DNA of 54,404 nt from contig JBDTAW010000032.1 of assembly GCA_039924445.1 (NCBI GenBank), positions 1 to 54,404 on the forward strand. Reading direction: 5' to 3'. The translations under genes and the position numbers were made by a program. This DNA is from Gemmatimonadaceae bacterium (lineage in GTDB: Bacteria; Gemmatimonadota; Gemmatimonadetes; Gemmatimonadales; Gemmatimonadaceae). How positions within the stretch are numbered: position 1 is the stretch's first letter; each line of letters opens with the position of its first letter. Shown here in pieces: positions 16,520 to 26,639 of this stretch. Below the pieces are notes generated by a model. The model was not told the DNA's origin. It saw only the letters and a program-made list of their open reading frames with translations, and searched no databases.

Positions 16520-18916
16520 TTATTCGTCTAACCGCAGCGCGACGGTCGGGTCCACGAGCGTCGCCCGGCGCGCGGGGAGGTATGCGGCGAGCAAGGAGGC
16601 CGCGCCCAGCACCGCGATGCTGCCGGCGAGCGCCGGCGGATCTACCGTGCCAATTCCGTAGAGCATCGACGCCATGACCCGCACCAGCAATAATCCCCCC
16701 AACGTTCCAACAACGAGCCCCAACGCGGTGATCCACCCCGCCTGACCCAGAACCAGTCGCAGAATGCGACCCGTATCAGCACCGAGTGCCATGCGCACAC
16801 CGAACTCATGTGTTCGCTGTGATATTCTACGCAGCATCACGCTGTACACGCCGGTGACGGCAAGGACGAGTGCGATGAATGCAAATGCAGCGAACATGCC
16901 GCCAAACAGGCGCTGCTTCCAGAGTGAGCGATGAACTACCTCATCCAGCCCAACGATCTCACCAAGCGCGATTCCCGGGTCGGTTGCACGTACGAGCTTT
17001 CGCACTTCAGGAGCCGTCGCCGCCACGCTGCTTGTGTGCAGCAAGAGCGTGACTGTCTGCGGCGGCCGCAATGTGAACGGGGCATACACTTGCGGGTTCG
17101 GCGGCTCATCCAGATTCGCGATGCGGGCGTCGCGCACAATACCCACGACGGTAAGCCATCGCTCGCCAATGCGAATACGTTTCCCGACTGGATCGACGTT
17201 GGGCCAGAATACGCGCGCGAAAGTTCGGTTGACGACGATTACTGGAGCGGCGGCTTCGACTTCTGCAGTGGTTATCGAGCGACCGCCATCAATGGGCATT
17301 CCGATTGTCTGGAAATAGTCGGCGGATATCCCGCGATAGTCGCCCGACGGTAACTCATCGGTCGTTCCTGGATGCCCCTCGATCTCGAAATGCGCCAACG
17401 CAGTTCCCCCTGTAAGTGGGAGATGAGTGACCACTGCCGCACTCGTTACACCGCGTAATACTGAGGCATCCTGTACGAGCGTAGTAAACAGTCGCTTCCG
17501 AGCCGCTTCGTCGTCGTAGCGTGCGCCAGCGGCGGGGATCTGTGCCGTGATCACCGACGCAGTGCTGAAACCAGGGTCGACCCGCTGCAGCAGCAGGAGA
17601 CTGCGGACCATGGCCGTCGCGCCGACTAGCAGTACTGCGGCAAATGCGAGCTCGAGCACTACAAGCGCGTCGTGCATTCTACCCTGCGTTCGATTCAACA
17701 GCACTCCACGTCGACCAGCCCGAAGTCTTCCTGCGAGATTGGACCAGTCAGCGCCGAGTGCCGGCGCGAGGCCGAACACGGCTCCGGTCATCACGGAGAT
17801 TGCGAACGTGAAAAGCAGCACATTTCCATCGATATCGAAGACCATCCAGAGTGGTGGCTCGAAGGGAAGCGCGCTCAGAATCACACGCAGCCCGACGTAG
17901 GCGACGCCGACACCAGCAACGCCTCCGGCCAATGCGACTATGATGCTCTCCGTCAGTAGCTGTGAGACTACTTGCGAGCGATGGGCACCGAGTGCCATGC
18001 GCACGGTGACTTCCAGTTGGCGTCCCAGGCCTCTCGTCAGGAAGATGCTCGCCACGTTACTGCAGGCGATCAACAGAACAAGGCCGACCGCGCCGAGCAT
18101 AAGCAACAACACTGGCCGAAATCCGCCGCCCTGGACTTCATTGAAGTCGAGCACCCGAACGGTGTGACCAGCATCACTTTCCGGATACAACCGCGTCAGA
18201 CGCGCTGCCACGGTGTTCAGATCCTGCCGCGCCGCGACGATGGAAGTATTTGGCTTGAGCTTCCCGAGCACTCGCAGGTACCGGCTCCCGCGCGCAACTC
18301 CCGCTGCAGTATTTGACAGGGGAAGCCACATCACCTGATTGTCGGGGAAACCGAAGCGCGGTGGCATGACGCCCACAACCGTATGCGGCTGCCCATCGAT
18401 GATCACAGTGCTACCCACTGCATCTGCGCGCGCACCGAACCGTTCTGTCCACAGCTTGTCACTCAGAATCACCACCCTGTCCCGTCCAGGGCCGTCTTCA
18501 TGCGAGAGGAAGAGGCGACCCATTGCGGGCCGGGCGCCCAACATCTGAAAGAGGTTGGTGGAAATCGCTTCAGCTTGAATCTGCTCCGCGTCGCTTCCCG
18601 GGCGAATCATGACGACATCCCGGTCGTGATACGCGCCTATGTCCTGCAGTGCGCGACTCTGCGCCTTCCAGTCCGCAAAGTCAGGATACGAAACAGCTCC
18701 GGCGCTGCGCCGGGAGTTCTGGACATCCCGAAGCACGACCAACCGCTCGGAGTTGATATGCGGCATCGGCCGGATCAGGATCGCATTGACGACGCTGAAC
18801 ACTGTCGTGTTGATCCCGATGCCGAGACCAAGTGTGAGCACAGCGGGGATTACAAACGAGGGATCCTTGCAAAGCGATCGAAATGCGTACCGCAGGTTCG
18901 CAAGCAGTCGTTCCAT
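16520..18916 (-). CDS. ADOP family duplicated FtsX/MacB-type ABC transporter permease
   Basis: 798 aa with N-terminal MERLLANLRYAFRSL and two FtsX-like 4-TM modules, each preceded by a periplasmic domain. Confidence 0.85.
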   Translation of the reverse strand: MERLLANLRYAFRSLCKDPSFVIPAVLTLGLGIGINTTVFSVVNAILIRPMPHINSERLVVLRDVQNSRRSAGAVSYPDFADWKAQSRALQDIGAYHDRDVVMIRPGSDAEQIQAEAISTNLFQMLGARPAMGRLFLSHEDGPGRDRVVILSDKLWTERFGARADAVGSTVIIDGQPHTVVGVMPPRFGFPDNQVMWLPLSNTAAGVARGSRYLRVLGKLKPNTSIVAARQDLNTVAARLTRLYPESDAGHTVRVLDFNEVQGGGFRPVLLLMLGAVGLVLLIACSNVASIFLTRGLGRQLEVTVRMALGAHRSQVVSQLLTESIIVALAGGVAGVGVAYVGLRVILSALPFEPPLWMVFDIDGNVLLFTFAISVMTGAVFGLAPALGADWSNLAGRLRAGRRGVLLNRTQGRMHDALVVLELAFAAVLLVGATAMVRSLLLLQRVDPGFSTASVITAQIPAAGARYDDEAARKRLFTTLVQDASVLRGVTSAAVVTHLPLTGGTALAHFEIEGHPGTTDELPSGDYRGISADYFQTIGMPIDGGRSITTAEVEAAAPVIVVNRTFARVFWPNVDPVGKRIRIGERWLTVVGIVRDARIANLDEPPNPQVYAPFTLRPPQTVTLLLHTSSVAATAPEVRKLVRATDPGIALGEIVGLDEVVHRSLWKQRLFGGMFAAFAFIALVLAVTGVYSVMLRRISQRTHEFGVRMALGADTGRILRLVLGQAGWITALGLVVGTLGGLLLVRVMASMLYGIGTVDPPALAGSIAVLGAASLLAAYLPARRATLVDPTVALRLDE

Positions 18917-19028
18917 CAGATCAGCTCCGGCCTGCGGGTTAGTCCGTCCACACGCTGGTGTTGTCTCAAAACCATCTCGTTCCCGCGAGGGTTATGAGAT
19001 TCGCGCTATGCGAGTAGCGCTCAGCCCA

Positions 19029-20987
19029 TTACTCCGGCTTCATCTCCGCCGAACGCCGAAGCATCCAGCGATACAGCCAGAAAACGAGCCCGACGAAGCA
19101 GATCACACCGAGCCACGGGGCTGCTGCGAAATTCCCCGACACGAGCGCGATCGGTGCTTCCTTCGTGAAGGCCACGATGAGTCCGGCGTTGATCACACCC
19201 CAGATGCTTTCTCCGACGATCAGACCGGATGCAACAAGGGTGGCGAGCCTCCTCGACCGCTCCGGATTTGGCATCGACCGGGAACGCCCTTCGTACCAGT
19301 GCGCGATCACCGCGCCAACGATAACCGCCGCCGTCGCTGACATCGGGAGGTAGATGCCGATACCGACGGCGAGTGGTGGAATGCGGAGCTTCTTGAATAC
19401 GCGAAGTGTCTCGTCCATCAGAACCAACCCGATTCCGATTACCACACCAATGATCAGCATCTTCCATTCGAGCTTCCCACCTATCACGCCCTGCGCAAGT
19501 GCGGCGATCAGCGTCGCCTGGGGCGCAGGAAGCGGATGGGCGGCGATCACATCAACATTCGGCGCTCCCGCAAAACCGTAAGCTTTCGCCAGAAGATTGA
19601 GAACGAATGGAATCACCGCTGCGCCTGCGCCCACACCAACCACGAGCGCGATCTGCTGACGCATCGGCGAAGCACCAACGAGCTGACCTGTCTTCAGATC
19701 CTGAAGGTTGTCGTTCGAGATCGTCGCACACGCGAAGACGATCGCCGTGACGAATAGCGAGAATGCGATCAACGCATGCTGCGTCTCAATAGTCGGCGCT
19801 ACGACAAGACTGAACAGCGATGCAAACACTACAATCGAGAGGATACCAATTCCGGAGATCGGGCTGTTGGATGCTCCGATGAGTCCGGCCATGTACCCGC
19901 AAACACCGGCGATTACGAAGCCGACAACCAGCACCAGCGGAACTGCTACCAACGTCAGCTTCAACGCACTCGGCGCGAGTACAGTAGCATTCGCGAAGTT
20001 GAACGAAAGCCACGCCGCAATCGCAAGGCATGATACGGTGAGTATCAGAATCCATGTTGGCGAGATATCGCGATCGGTGTCGTCGCCGTTCGCCGCAACG
20101 TGTGACGCGGCGAGCGTATTCACCAGTCCGGCAACAACCGGCTTGGCAAGCATCGCGAGCGTGTACACAGCCGCAACACCAATCGTACCGGCTCCAATGA
20201 AGCGAACCTGGGTGCTCCAGATCGCCGTCGTGTGGGCTGCCAGCGTCTGACCGATCGTAGCTGGCTGAGTGGCAGTCAATATCGGAACCGCGATCACCCA
20301 CGAAATCACCTGACCCACGAGCATCGCCATACCGACGGACAAACCAACCAGCTGACCAGCTCCGAGCAGTGCGAGCGACCACGCGACGTCGTATCCGGTG
20401 GACGCGATGGTTCCTATGCGAATGAAGCCAGCCAGACTGCCGGCGACGACCTGCGTCGCGCTCACAATCGCGAGGCTTGCCGATGCTACGGAGCCAAGGA
20501 CAACTGCGACGAGTCCTTCCTTCGCCTCCCCGGTCTCATCCTTGGTTTCGCCACGATTGCCCGAACCAACCTTCAGCACTTCGGCGGCCGCGACTCCTTC
20601 CGGATATGGCAGGTCCGAGTGTGTTACGAGCGCACGACGAAGCGGTATGGTGAACACGACTCCGAGCACACCGCCGCTTACGCAGATGAAGAACGACTCC
20701 CAGAACGGAAACCGCACCCACCAGCCAACTATGATGAGTGCTGGCAGGACGAAGATGATCGCGGAGAGCGTCCCTGCCGCCGAAGCGACAGTCTGGACAA
20801 TGTTGTTCTCCAGTATCGTCGAGTCCTTGAAGGCACTCAGGAGCGCCATCGAGATGACGGCGGCGGGGATCGACGAGGCGAACGTGAGGCCGACCTTGAG
20901 GCCGAGGTACACGTTGGCCGTCGTGAAGACGGTCGTGATGAGGGCGCCGAGAATCAGCCCGCGGATCGTTAGCTCTTTGGGTTTCAC
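19029..20987 (-). CDS. OPT family oligopeptide transporter
   Basis: 652 aa polytopic protein. ELTIRGLILGALITTVFTTANVYLGLKVGLTFASSIPAAVISMA is the OPT N-terminal signature. Confidence 0.8.
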   Translation of the reverse strand: MKPKELTIRGLILGALITTVFTTANVYLGLKVGLTFASSIPAAVISMALLSAFKDSTILENNIVQTVASAAGTLSAIIFVLPALIIVGWWVRFPFWESFFICVSGGVLGVVFTIPLRRALVTHSDLPYPEGVAAAEVLKVGSGNRGETKDETGEAKEGLVAVVLGSVASASLAIVSATQVVAGSLAGFIRIGTIASTGYDVAWSLALLGAGQLVGLSVGMAMLVGQVISWVIAVPILTATQPATIGQTLAAHTTAIWSTQVRFIGAGTIGVAAVYTLAMLAKPVVAGLVNTLAASHVAANGDDTDRDISPTWILILTVSCLAIAAWLSFNFANATVLAPSALKLTLVAVPLVLVVGFVIAGVCGYMAGLIGASNSPISGIGILSIVVFASLFSLVVAPTIETQHALIAFSLFVTAIVFACATISNDNLQDLKTGQLVGASPMRQQIALVVGVGAGAAVIPFVLNLLAKAYGFAGAPNVDVIAAHPLPAPQATLIAALAQGVIGGKLEWKMLIIGVVIGIGLVLMDETLRVFKKLRIPPLAVGIGIYLPMSATAAVIVGAVIAHWYEGRSRSMPNPERSRRLATLVASGLIVGESIWGVINAGLIVAFTKEAPIALVSGNFAAAPWLGVICFVGLVFWLYRWMLRRSAEMKPE

Positions 20988-21053
20988 GCCGTAAATGTGG
21001 CACCTAAACCCACGGGTGACGAGTACCCGGGCCAGTCAGGCCCGGGAATCAGC

Positions 21054-21707
21054 TCAGCCCCGCCGACGCACAAATATGTGACTCGCCCGCTCGCCGGCTA
21101 CGTGATCCGTGCACTCATAACCGAGAGCGCGCATGTCGAGGCCACCCCAGAGATTCTCACCGGCGCCAAGCAGAATGGGCCTTACAGCCAGGTGCATCTC
21201 GTCGATCAGATCGGCGCGCAGGTACTGCCGGACAGTTGATGCGCCGCCGCCAATTCGGACATCGCGACCACTCGCGGCTGCTGTTGCCTGCTCCAGCGCG
21301 GAGTGAATCCCATCGGTCACGAAGTGAAACATGGTACCGCCTTTCATCTCGAGCGGCTCTCGCTGGTGGTGAGTGAGCACGAAAACCTGCGTGTGATATG
21401 GTGGCTCGTCGCCCCACCAACCCTTCCAGCTGTCGTCTGGCCACGGACCTCGCACGGGTCCGAACATGTTCCGGCCAAGGATCCACGCGCCGACATTCCC
21501 AAAGGACTTTTCCGCCATCTGATTGTCGACGCCCGTTTCGCCAACGTCGCCTTGGCCCTCATGCATCGACTGCCACATGTGCGTCGGAAAGAACCATTCC
21601 ATCAGTTCCTCGCCTCTCACACCCAGTGGATGCTCGAGGTCCTGATCTGGGCCGGCACTGAATCCGTCGAGAGAAACTGCAAAACTTGCAACGCGAACAT
21701 TGGACAT
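21054..21707 (-). CDS. Dihydrofolate reductase-like (RibD C-terminal domain) family protein
   Basis: FAVSLDGFSAGPDQ...HPLG and the C-terminal IDEMHLAVRPILLGAG pattern. Confidence 0.75.
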   Translation of the reverse strand: MSNVRVASFAVSLDGFSAGPDQDLEHPLGVRGEELMEWFFPTHMWQSMHEGQGDVGETGVDNQMAEKSFGNVGAWILGRNMFGPVRGPWPDDSWKGWWGDEPPYHTQVFVLTHHQREPLEMKGGTMFHFVTDGIHSALEQATAAASGRDVRIGGGASTVRQYLRADLIDEMHLAVRPILLGAGENLWGGLDMRALGYECTDHVAGERASHIFVRRRG

Positions 21708-21753
21708 CCAGACTCGTCCTCACGGTTGGGTTAATGTGATTTTTACCACGCGC

Positions 21754-22248
21754 TCAGTTTCTGCTGCCGCCGTCCGGGTGACATGCCTCATCAACGACAA
21801 CCGCACTCGCAAGGATCAGCACCGGATCTTCTCCATCGGTTACATCGACGCCGTACGTATCTGCGAGGGAAAACCATTTTTTCGAGACCGTTGCGACCGT
21901 AGTCTCACCTCTGCGGAATACATATTCGTGATCCGTGAAGTTCCCTTCGGCTTCCAGATCATCCGGACCCGGCACGTCAACGGTGAAGCGATGGTGCAGC
22001 AGCGCGAAGATGTGCTGCTTCACTACCGCAACGATCTGGCCGTTGCGACTGATCTCGTATGTCGGACCCCACGAGAAGACCTGCTGCTTGATGAACGCAA
22101 GTTCATGCCGCGTGGAATCCTGAAACGAAAGCTTGTTTCCGAAGCTGATCGCCTTTCCATCAACGAAATAGAGATCCTGGCCCGCTTCGTTCCTGATGTA
22201 ATAATCATCGCCGAGCGAGAGCAGCTTCTGCTTCATGACAAAGCGCAT
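21754..22248 (-). CDS. LURP-one-related (tubby C-terminal-like) family protein
   Basis: MRFVMKQKLLSLGDDYYIRNEAGQDLYFVDGK and the later WFSLADTYGVDV match the bacterial PF04525-like pattern. Confidence 0.65.
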   Translation of the reverse strand: MRFVMKQKLLSLGDDYYIRNEAGQDLYFVDGKAISFGNKLSFQDSTRHELAFIKQQVFSWGPTYEISRNGQIVAVVKQHIFALLHHRFTVDVPGPDDLEAEGNFTDHEYVFRRGETTVATVSKKWFSLADTYGVDVTDGEDPVLILASAVVVDEACHPDGGSRN

Positions 22249-22287
22249 TGCAGATCCTCAAGAATTCTGGTGGAGCATCAACGCGAC

Positions 22288-22719
22288 TTATACCGCGTCT
22301 ATCTCGTCGATGCGCCGCTGATGCCGACCGCCGTCGAACGGTGTGTTCAGCCATGCGTCAAGAATCTGAATCGCGAGTTCCTCGGACACCATTCGCTCGC
22401 CTACCGACAAGACATTCGCATTGTTGTGGTGCCGACCAAGCTGCGCGGAGTCGAGATTCCAGCACAGCGCTGCGCGGACTCCCTTTACACGATTCGCGAC
22501 CATCGCCTCGCCGTTGCCTGAACCGCCAAGCACGATGCCGCGCTCTGTTTCTCCGCTGGCGACCGCCAATGCAACCGGCCTGCAGAAGAGTGGATAGTCC
22601 ACCGGCTGCTCCGAATCGGTTCCGAAGTCCTTGACTTCGTGGCCTAATGCGGTGAGATGAGCCTTGAACATTTCCTTGTAACGGAAGCCGGCGTGATCCG
22701 ATCCGATTGCTATGCGCAT
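22288..22719 (-). CDS. rpiB: Ribose-5-phosphate isomerase B
   Basis: MRIAIGSDHAGF...GIVLGGSGNGEAMVANRVKGVRAA...RHHNNANVL...GGRHQRRI. Confidence 0.9.
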   Translation of the reverse strand: MRIAIGSDHAGFRYKEMFKAHLTALGHEVKDFGTDSEQPVDYPLFCRPVALAVASGETERGIVLGGSGNGEAMVANRVKGVRAALCWNLDSAQLGRHHNNANVLSVGERMVSEELAIQILDAWLNTPFDGGRHQRRIDEIDAV

Positions 22720-22746
22720 TTCAAGATGAGTAAATGTACGAGAAGA

Positions 22747-24006
22747 TTAACTGACAGTTCTTAGAGCAGGATACTTTGCAAACGCCCAGGTGGAGTACAC
22801 GAGCACGATTACGGCGCACCCCCCGAGTGTCCATTCCACGCCGACCGCCTTCGCGAGCGCACCCGAAAGAAACGACCCGATCGGTACCAGGCCAACGGAA
22901 ACGAATATGTACGCCGACACCACTCGGCCGCGCAATTCGTCAGGCGCAATCGATTGAAGCAATCCGTTCGCAAGCGCACCGATCAACATCATCATGAACC
23001 CTACAACTACAAGTACTATCGCCGCTGCTGCCAGTGTGTGCATCAGCGAAAAGAGCACGATGCTGAGAGAGAAGGCGTATGTCGCCCACATGTACAGCTT
23101 GCCGCGCGGTATGCGCTGTCCGAGCGCGGCCAGCGAGAGTGCTCCCATCAGCGCACCAAGTCCAACGCATGCGAGCAATATGCCATAACCGCCAGCGCCT
23201 GTATTTAGTACGTTCCGCGCGACGACCGGCATCATGGCCAGAAATGGCAGGCCGAAAATCGCTGTCACCCCGACGACTCTTATCATCACACGGATTAGCG
23301 GTGCGCCACGCATGTACCGGAATCCTTCGAGCAGCCCTTCGACCGGCGACATACCGGTATCCACGCGTCGATATGCGGGCACGTGAATCATGAACAGTCC
23401 CGCGAGTACCGCCAGATAGCTCAAGGCGTTGAGTCCGAAACACCACTTAGCACCCAGAGTGCCGATCACAATTGCCGCGATGGAAGGCCCAATCACGCGT
23501 GCGAGATTGAATCCCGCTGAGTTGAGCGCGATGGCGTCCACGAGATCCTCGCGACCTACCAGCTCGACAATGAAGCTCTGCCTCGCCGGGATCTCGAACG
23601 CACTTATCGTCCCGTTGATCGTAGCAAGGGTAATCAGCCAGTGGATCGTCAGATGATTAAAGGCAGTGAACCACCAGAGAGTCGACGCCTCCAGCAGCAA
23701 CAACGTCTGTGCAATGCGTACCAGCTTGAGCTTGTCATTGCGATCGGCGACTACTCCGCCGTAAAGAGAGAGCAGCAGGATCGGAAGCGCCGAGGCTCCG
23801 GCGACAATTCCTACCATGAGCGCGCTGTTCGAAAGTTGCAGGGCGAGCCACCCCTCGCCCACCGCCTGCATCCACGTCCCGATCAGCGAGAGCGTCTGAC
23901 CGCCCCAGAATATCCGGAAATTGCGATGCGTGAGCGGGCGGAACGGGTTGGTCCGGGCGTGCATATCCACGCGGGAAATGTATTCGGTGCCGGGTGTATT
24001 ATTCAC
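22747..24006 (-). CDS. MFS transporter (EntS/MFS_3-like)
   Basis: 419 aa, about 12 TM. FRIFWGGQTLSLIGTWMQ and GGVVADRNDK motifs. The start could instead be the Met at 23964. Confidence 0.8.
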   Translation of the reverse strand: MNNTPGTEYISRVDMHARTNPFRPLTHRNFRIFWGGQTLSLIGTWMQAVGEGWLALQLSNSALMVGIVAGASALPILLLSLYGGVVADRNDKLKLVRIAQTLLLLEASTLWWFTAFNHLTIHWLITLATINGTISAFEIPARQSFIVELVGREDLVDAIALNSAGFNLARVIGPSIAAIVIGTLGAKWCFGLNALSYLAVLAGLFMIHVPAYRRVDTGMSPVEGLLEGFRYMRGAPLIRVMIRVVGVTAIFGLPFLAMMPVVARNVLNTGAGGYGILLACVGLGALMGALSLAALGQRIPRGKLYMWATYAFSLSIVLFSLMHTLAAAAIVLVVVGFMMMLIGALANGLLQSIAPDELRGRVVSAYIFVSVGLVPIGSFLSGALAKAVGVEWTLGGCAVIVLVYSTWAFAKYPALRTVS

Positions 24007-24008
24007 AC

Positions 24009-25289
24009 ATGCGGTTCCATACTTACTCCAGGTTCAGCCCGGAGATGGCCGACGCGGTCGATCTTCAGTCGCTTCTGGACAAGATGGCGGACTTCCTCCT
24101 GCAGTCCGGCTTCGCGGGCGGCGAGAACTACAATCCCTATTGGGGAATGACCGGCGAGGACGCCGACCGCTCACTGGACGCGCTCCGCCAGGCCATTCTC
24201 GACGCCATGGTCGAGAGCGGCCAGTTCACACCGGAGATGCTCGACGCCCTGCGCGGCAATGGCGACGATGAGGCTCAGGAGAAGCTGGCCAAGTTCCTCG
24301 ACGAGTTGATCGAACGTCTCACACGAGAAGGATACCTCAACCTCGAAGCTCCGCCGCAGATGCCGGCAGGCCATCAGCAGGTCGAGGGCAAGGGCAGTCT
24401 CTCACACGCCGCATCCAAGTCGGTCCAGTTCAATCTCACCGACAAGGGTGTCGACTTCCTCGGCTACAAGGCGCTCCGGCACATCATGAGCTCGCTGGGA
24501 AAGTCCAGCTTCGGAAGCCACGACACGCCATACCTCGCGACCGGCATCGAGTCCGACGGCTGGAGCAAGCAGTACGAATTCGGCGATGTGCTCAATCTCG
24601 ACGTAAATGAGACACTCAAGCGCTCAATGGCGCGGACCGGCTCGCTGGAGGTGCCCATGGATCTGGACTACGGCGACCTCATGGTGCATCAGGCGGAATA
24701 CCGCTCATCCTGCGCCACGGTGCTGATGCTGGATACGTCGCATTCCATGATTCTGTACGGCGAGGACAGATTCACCCCCGCCAAGAAGGTGGCGCTTGCA
24801 CTCACGCATCTCATCCGGACGCAGTTCCCGGGTGATACGATTCGCGTAGTCCTGTTCCACGATTCCGCCGAAGAGATTCCAATCTCCGCACTCGCACGTG
24901 CCCAGGTCGGTCCGTTTCACACCAACACCGCAGAAGGCCTGAAACTCGCGCGACGAATTCTCATGTCGCAAAAGAAGGACATGCGCCAGATCGTGATGAT
25001 TACCGACGGCAAGCCGAGCGCTCTGACACTTCCAAACGGTCAGATCTACAAGAACTCGATGGGCCTGGACATGAACGTAGTGTCCGAGACCCTGCGAGAA
25101 GTCGCCGACTGCCGCAGATCGGGGATTGTCATCAACACCTTCATGCTCGCGCACGATCGCGCACTGGTAGAATTCGTGAAACGCGTCTCCGCCATCGCGA
25201 AGGGGAAAGCCTACTTCACCAGCACGATGACGTTGGGACAGTTCATTCTCATGGACTTCCTGCGCAAGAAGACGCGAACAGTTTCGTAG
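24009..25289 (+). CDS. VWA domain-containing protein
   Basis: The C-terminal half has MLDTSHSM (DxSxS MIDAS), MITDGKPSA and a VWA-like alternation. The N-terminal helical region is of the type seen in VWA partners of MoxR-type ATPases. Start assumed at MRFHTYSRF. Confidence 0.7.
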   Translation: MRFHTYSRFSPEMADAVDLQSLLDKMADFLLQSGFAGGENYNPYWGMTGEDADRSLDALRQAILDAMVESGQFTPEMLDALRGNGDDEAQEKLAKFLDELIERLTREGYLNLEAPPQMPAGHQQVEGKGSLSHAASKSVQFNLTDKGVDFLGYKALRHIMSSLGKSSFGSHDTPYLATGIESDGWSKQYEFGDVLNLDVNETLKRSMARTGSLEVPMDLDYGDLMVHQAEYRSSCATVLMLDTSHSMILYGEDRFTPAKKVALALTHLIRTQFPGDTIRVVLFHDSAEEIPISALARAQVGPFHTNTAEGLKLARRILMSQKKDMRQIVMITDGKPSALTLPNGQIYKNSMGLDMNVVSETLREVADCRRSGIVINTFMLAHDRALVEFVKRVSAIAKGKAYFTSTMTLGQFILMDFLRKKTRTVS

Positions 25290-25295
25290 TTCGCG

Positions 25296-25952
25296 TCAGC
25301 CCGTGAACAGGTAGGTGCAGCCGTGCTCCTGCGCACGCCCAATTGCGATCATCATTGCGGGCACGAGGATCACGCCGGGAAGCAGTGACGCAGTCAGGTC
25401 GCGCTCGATTTGCTTCGCATCGCCCCACTTTTTCTGATCGGCAAGTCCTTCCGCCATTCCACGCAGCATCGTGCGACACGACAGAATAACGACCCCCGCG
25501 GCGAACGCCTCGCGAACGCCGGGATTATCCTTGTCGCCGTTGATGAAGATATTGCGGGTAGCCTGTTTCTTTGTTGCCGGATCCGTTACGTCGAACTCTT
25601 TCGCGAAGCCGTACTTATCCCACGCGGCGTCATTGTAAGTGATCAGACCCGTCTTGCCATGCGCGGCCAGAACCGAGTTGGCATCTTCAGGCTTTACACC
25701 GTACTCCACCGGGTACGCGAGTTTGAACCGCGTGGCGTAGTCGAGTCCCTTGGACCATTTGTCGTGCGAATGAAACAGAGTGCGATGCTTGCCGGTAAGC
25801 GCAAGCAACCACGGCTCCGGTTCGTCGCCAGGTGCTGTGGCACCGGCTGACAAAGATCCGGCGCGCGACGTGTCCGGTAGCATTACGCTTGCTCCCACCA
25901 GAGCTGCGAGATGAGTTACGAAGGTCCTGCGACTTGGTTTGGAATTAAACAT
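25296..25952 (-). CDS. Tat-signal protein, DsrE/DsrF-like fold (tentative)
   Basis: SRRTFVTHLAALVGA twin-arginine signal. GKHRTLFHSHD and GVVILSCRTMLRGMA resemble the DsrE-family pattern. The family call is tentative. Confidence 0.4.
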   Translation of the reverse strand: MFNSKPSRRTFVTHLAALVGASVMLPDTSRAGSLSAGATAPGDEPEPWLLALTGKHRTLFHSHDKWSKGLDYATRFKLAYPVEYGVKPEDANSVLAAHGKTGLITYNDAAWDKYGFAKEFDVTDPATKKQATRNIFINGDKDNPGVREAFAAGVVILSCRTMLRGMAEGLADQKKWGDAKQIERDLTASLLPGVILVPAMMIAIGRAQEHGCTYLFTG

Positions 25953-26138
25953 GGGAAGGATGAGTTGGGCTGAACTGCAAGCGATACGCTCGCAAAATCT
26001 AGCGTTCCACTCAACCGTTCGCCGGTTGGCCCGGGCGTTATCCTTCGAATGCGCACATCGGTCCGGTTCGGGCCGAAAGCAAGCCCGTACGGCCTGTATC
26101 GTGCGAGGATCGCAGTATCACCATAAAAAGGAGTTTCC

Positions 26139-26567
26139 ATGCCTACACGCAAGGCAAGTGCAGTCTGGGAGAAGGGCCTGAAAGACGGCAACGGGTCATT
26201 CACGGGAGAGAGCGGCACGGTAAATGGCTCTTACTCATTCGGCTCGCGTTTCGAAAACGCGAAGGGATCCAATCCCGAAGAATTACTCGCGGCTGCAAAT
26301 GCGGCCTGCTTTTCAATGGCTCTGGCCCTCGGCCTGGAGCAGAACGGGACGCCCTCGGAAAAAGTCGAAACCGAAGCCGCTTGCACCGTTGAAAAGGTCG
26401 CGGATGGCTTCAAGATCACGACCGTGAACCTCATGGTCAAAGCCAGGGTCGCCGGCATCGACGATGCAACATTTCAAAAAATCGCCTCTGCGACGAAGGA
26501 CGGCTGTCCCGTGTCAAAGGCGTTGAAGGGAAACGTCGCGATTACAATGACGGCAAAACTGAATTAG
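26139..26567 (+). CDS. osmC: OsmC family peroxiredoxin
   Basis: 142 aa. SNPEELLAAANAACFSMAL and KDGCPVSKAL carry the two conserved Cys motifs. GGAG RBS. Confidence 0.9.
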   Translation: MPTRKASAVWEKGLKDGNGSFTGESGTVNGSYSFGSRFENAKGSNPEELLAAANAACFSMALALGLEQNGTPSEKVETEAACTVEKVADGFKITTVNLMVKARVAGIDDATFQKIASATKDGCPVSKALKGNVAITMTAKLN

Positions 26568-26596
26568 ACCTGTTCGGATCTGTTCAAGCTGTCATG

Positions 26597-26636
26597 AAGA
26601 CGACGCGCCGTTTATGAACGGCGCGTCGTCTTTTTC
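26597..26636 (+). terminator. Rho-independent terminator between convergent osmC and gltA
   Basis: Perfect 16-bp stem AAGACGACGCGCCGTT / AACGGCGCGTCGTCTT with a 4-nt loop, followed by a T run. Confidence 0.8.
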
Positions 26637-26639
26637 ACA

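Noticed and set aside
19708-20994. Several 180-246 aa plus-strand ORFs antisense to the OPT transporter
   Set aside because: No motifs, with Arg/Thr/Ser-rich composition. The opposite strand encodes a continuous, convincing polytopic transporter.
21700-22521. 273-aa plus-strand ORF spanning the LURP-one and rpiB loci
   Set aside because: It runs antisense across two well-supported genes and their intergenic gap, and it has no motif support.
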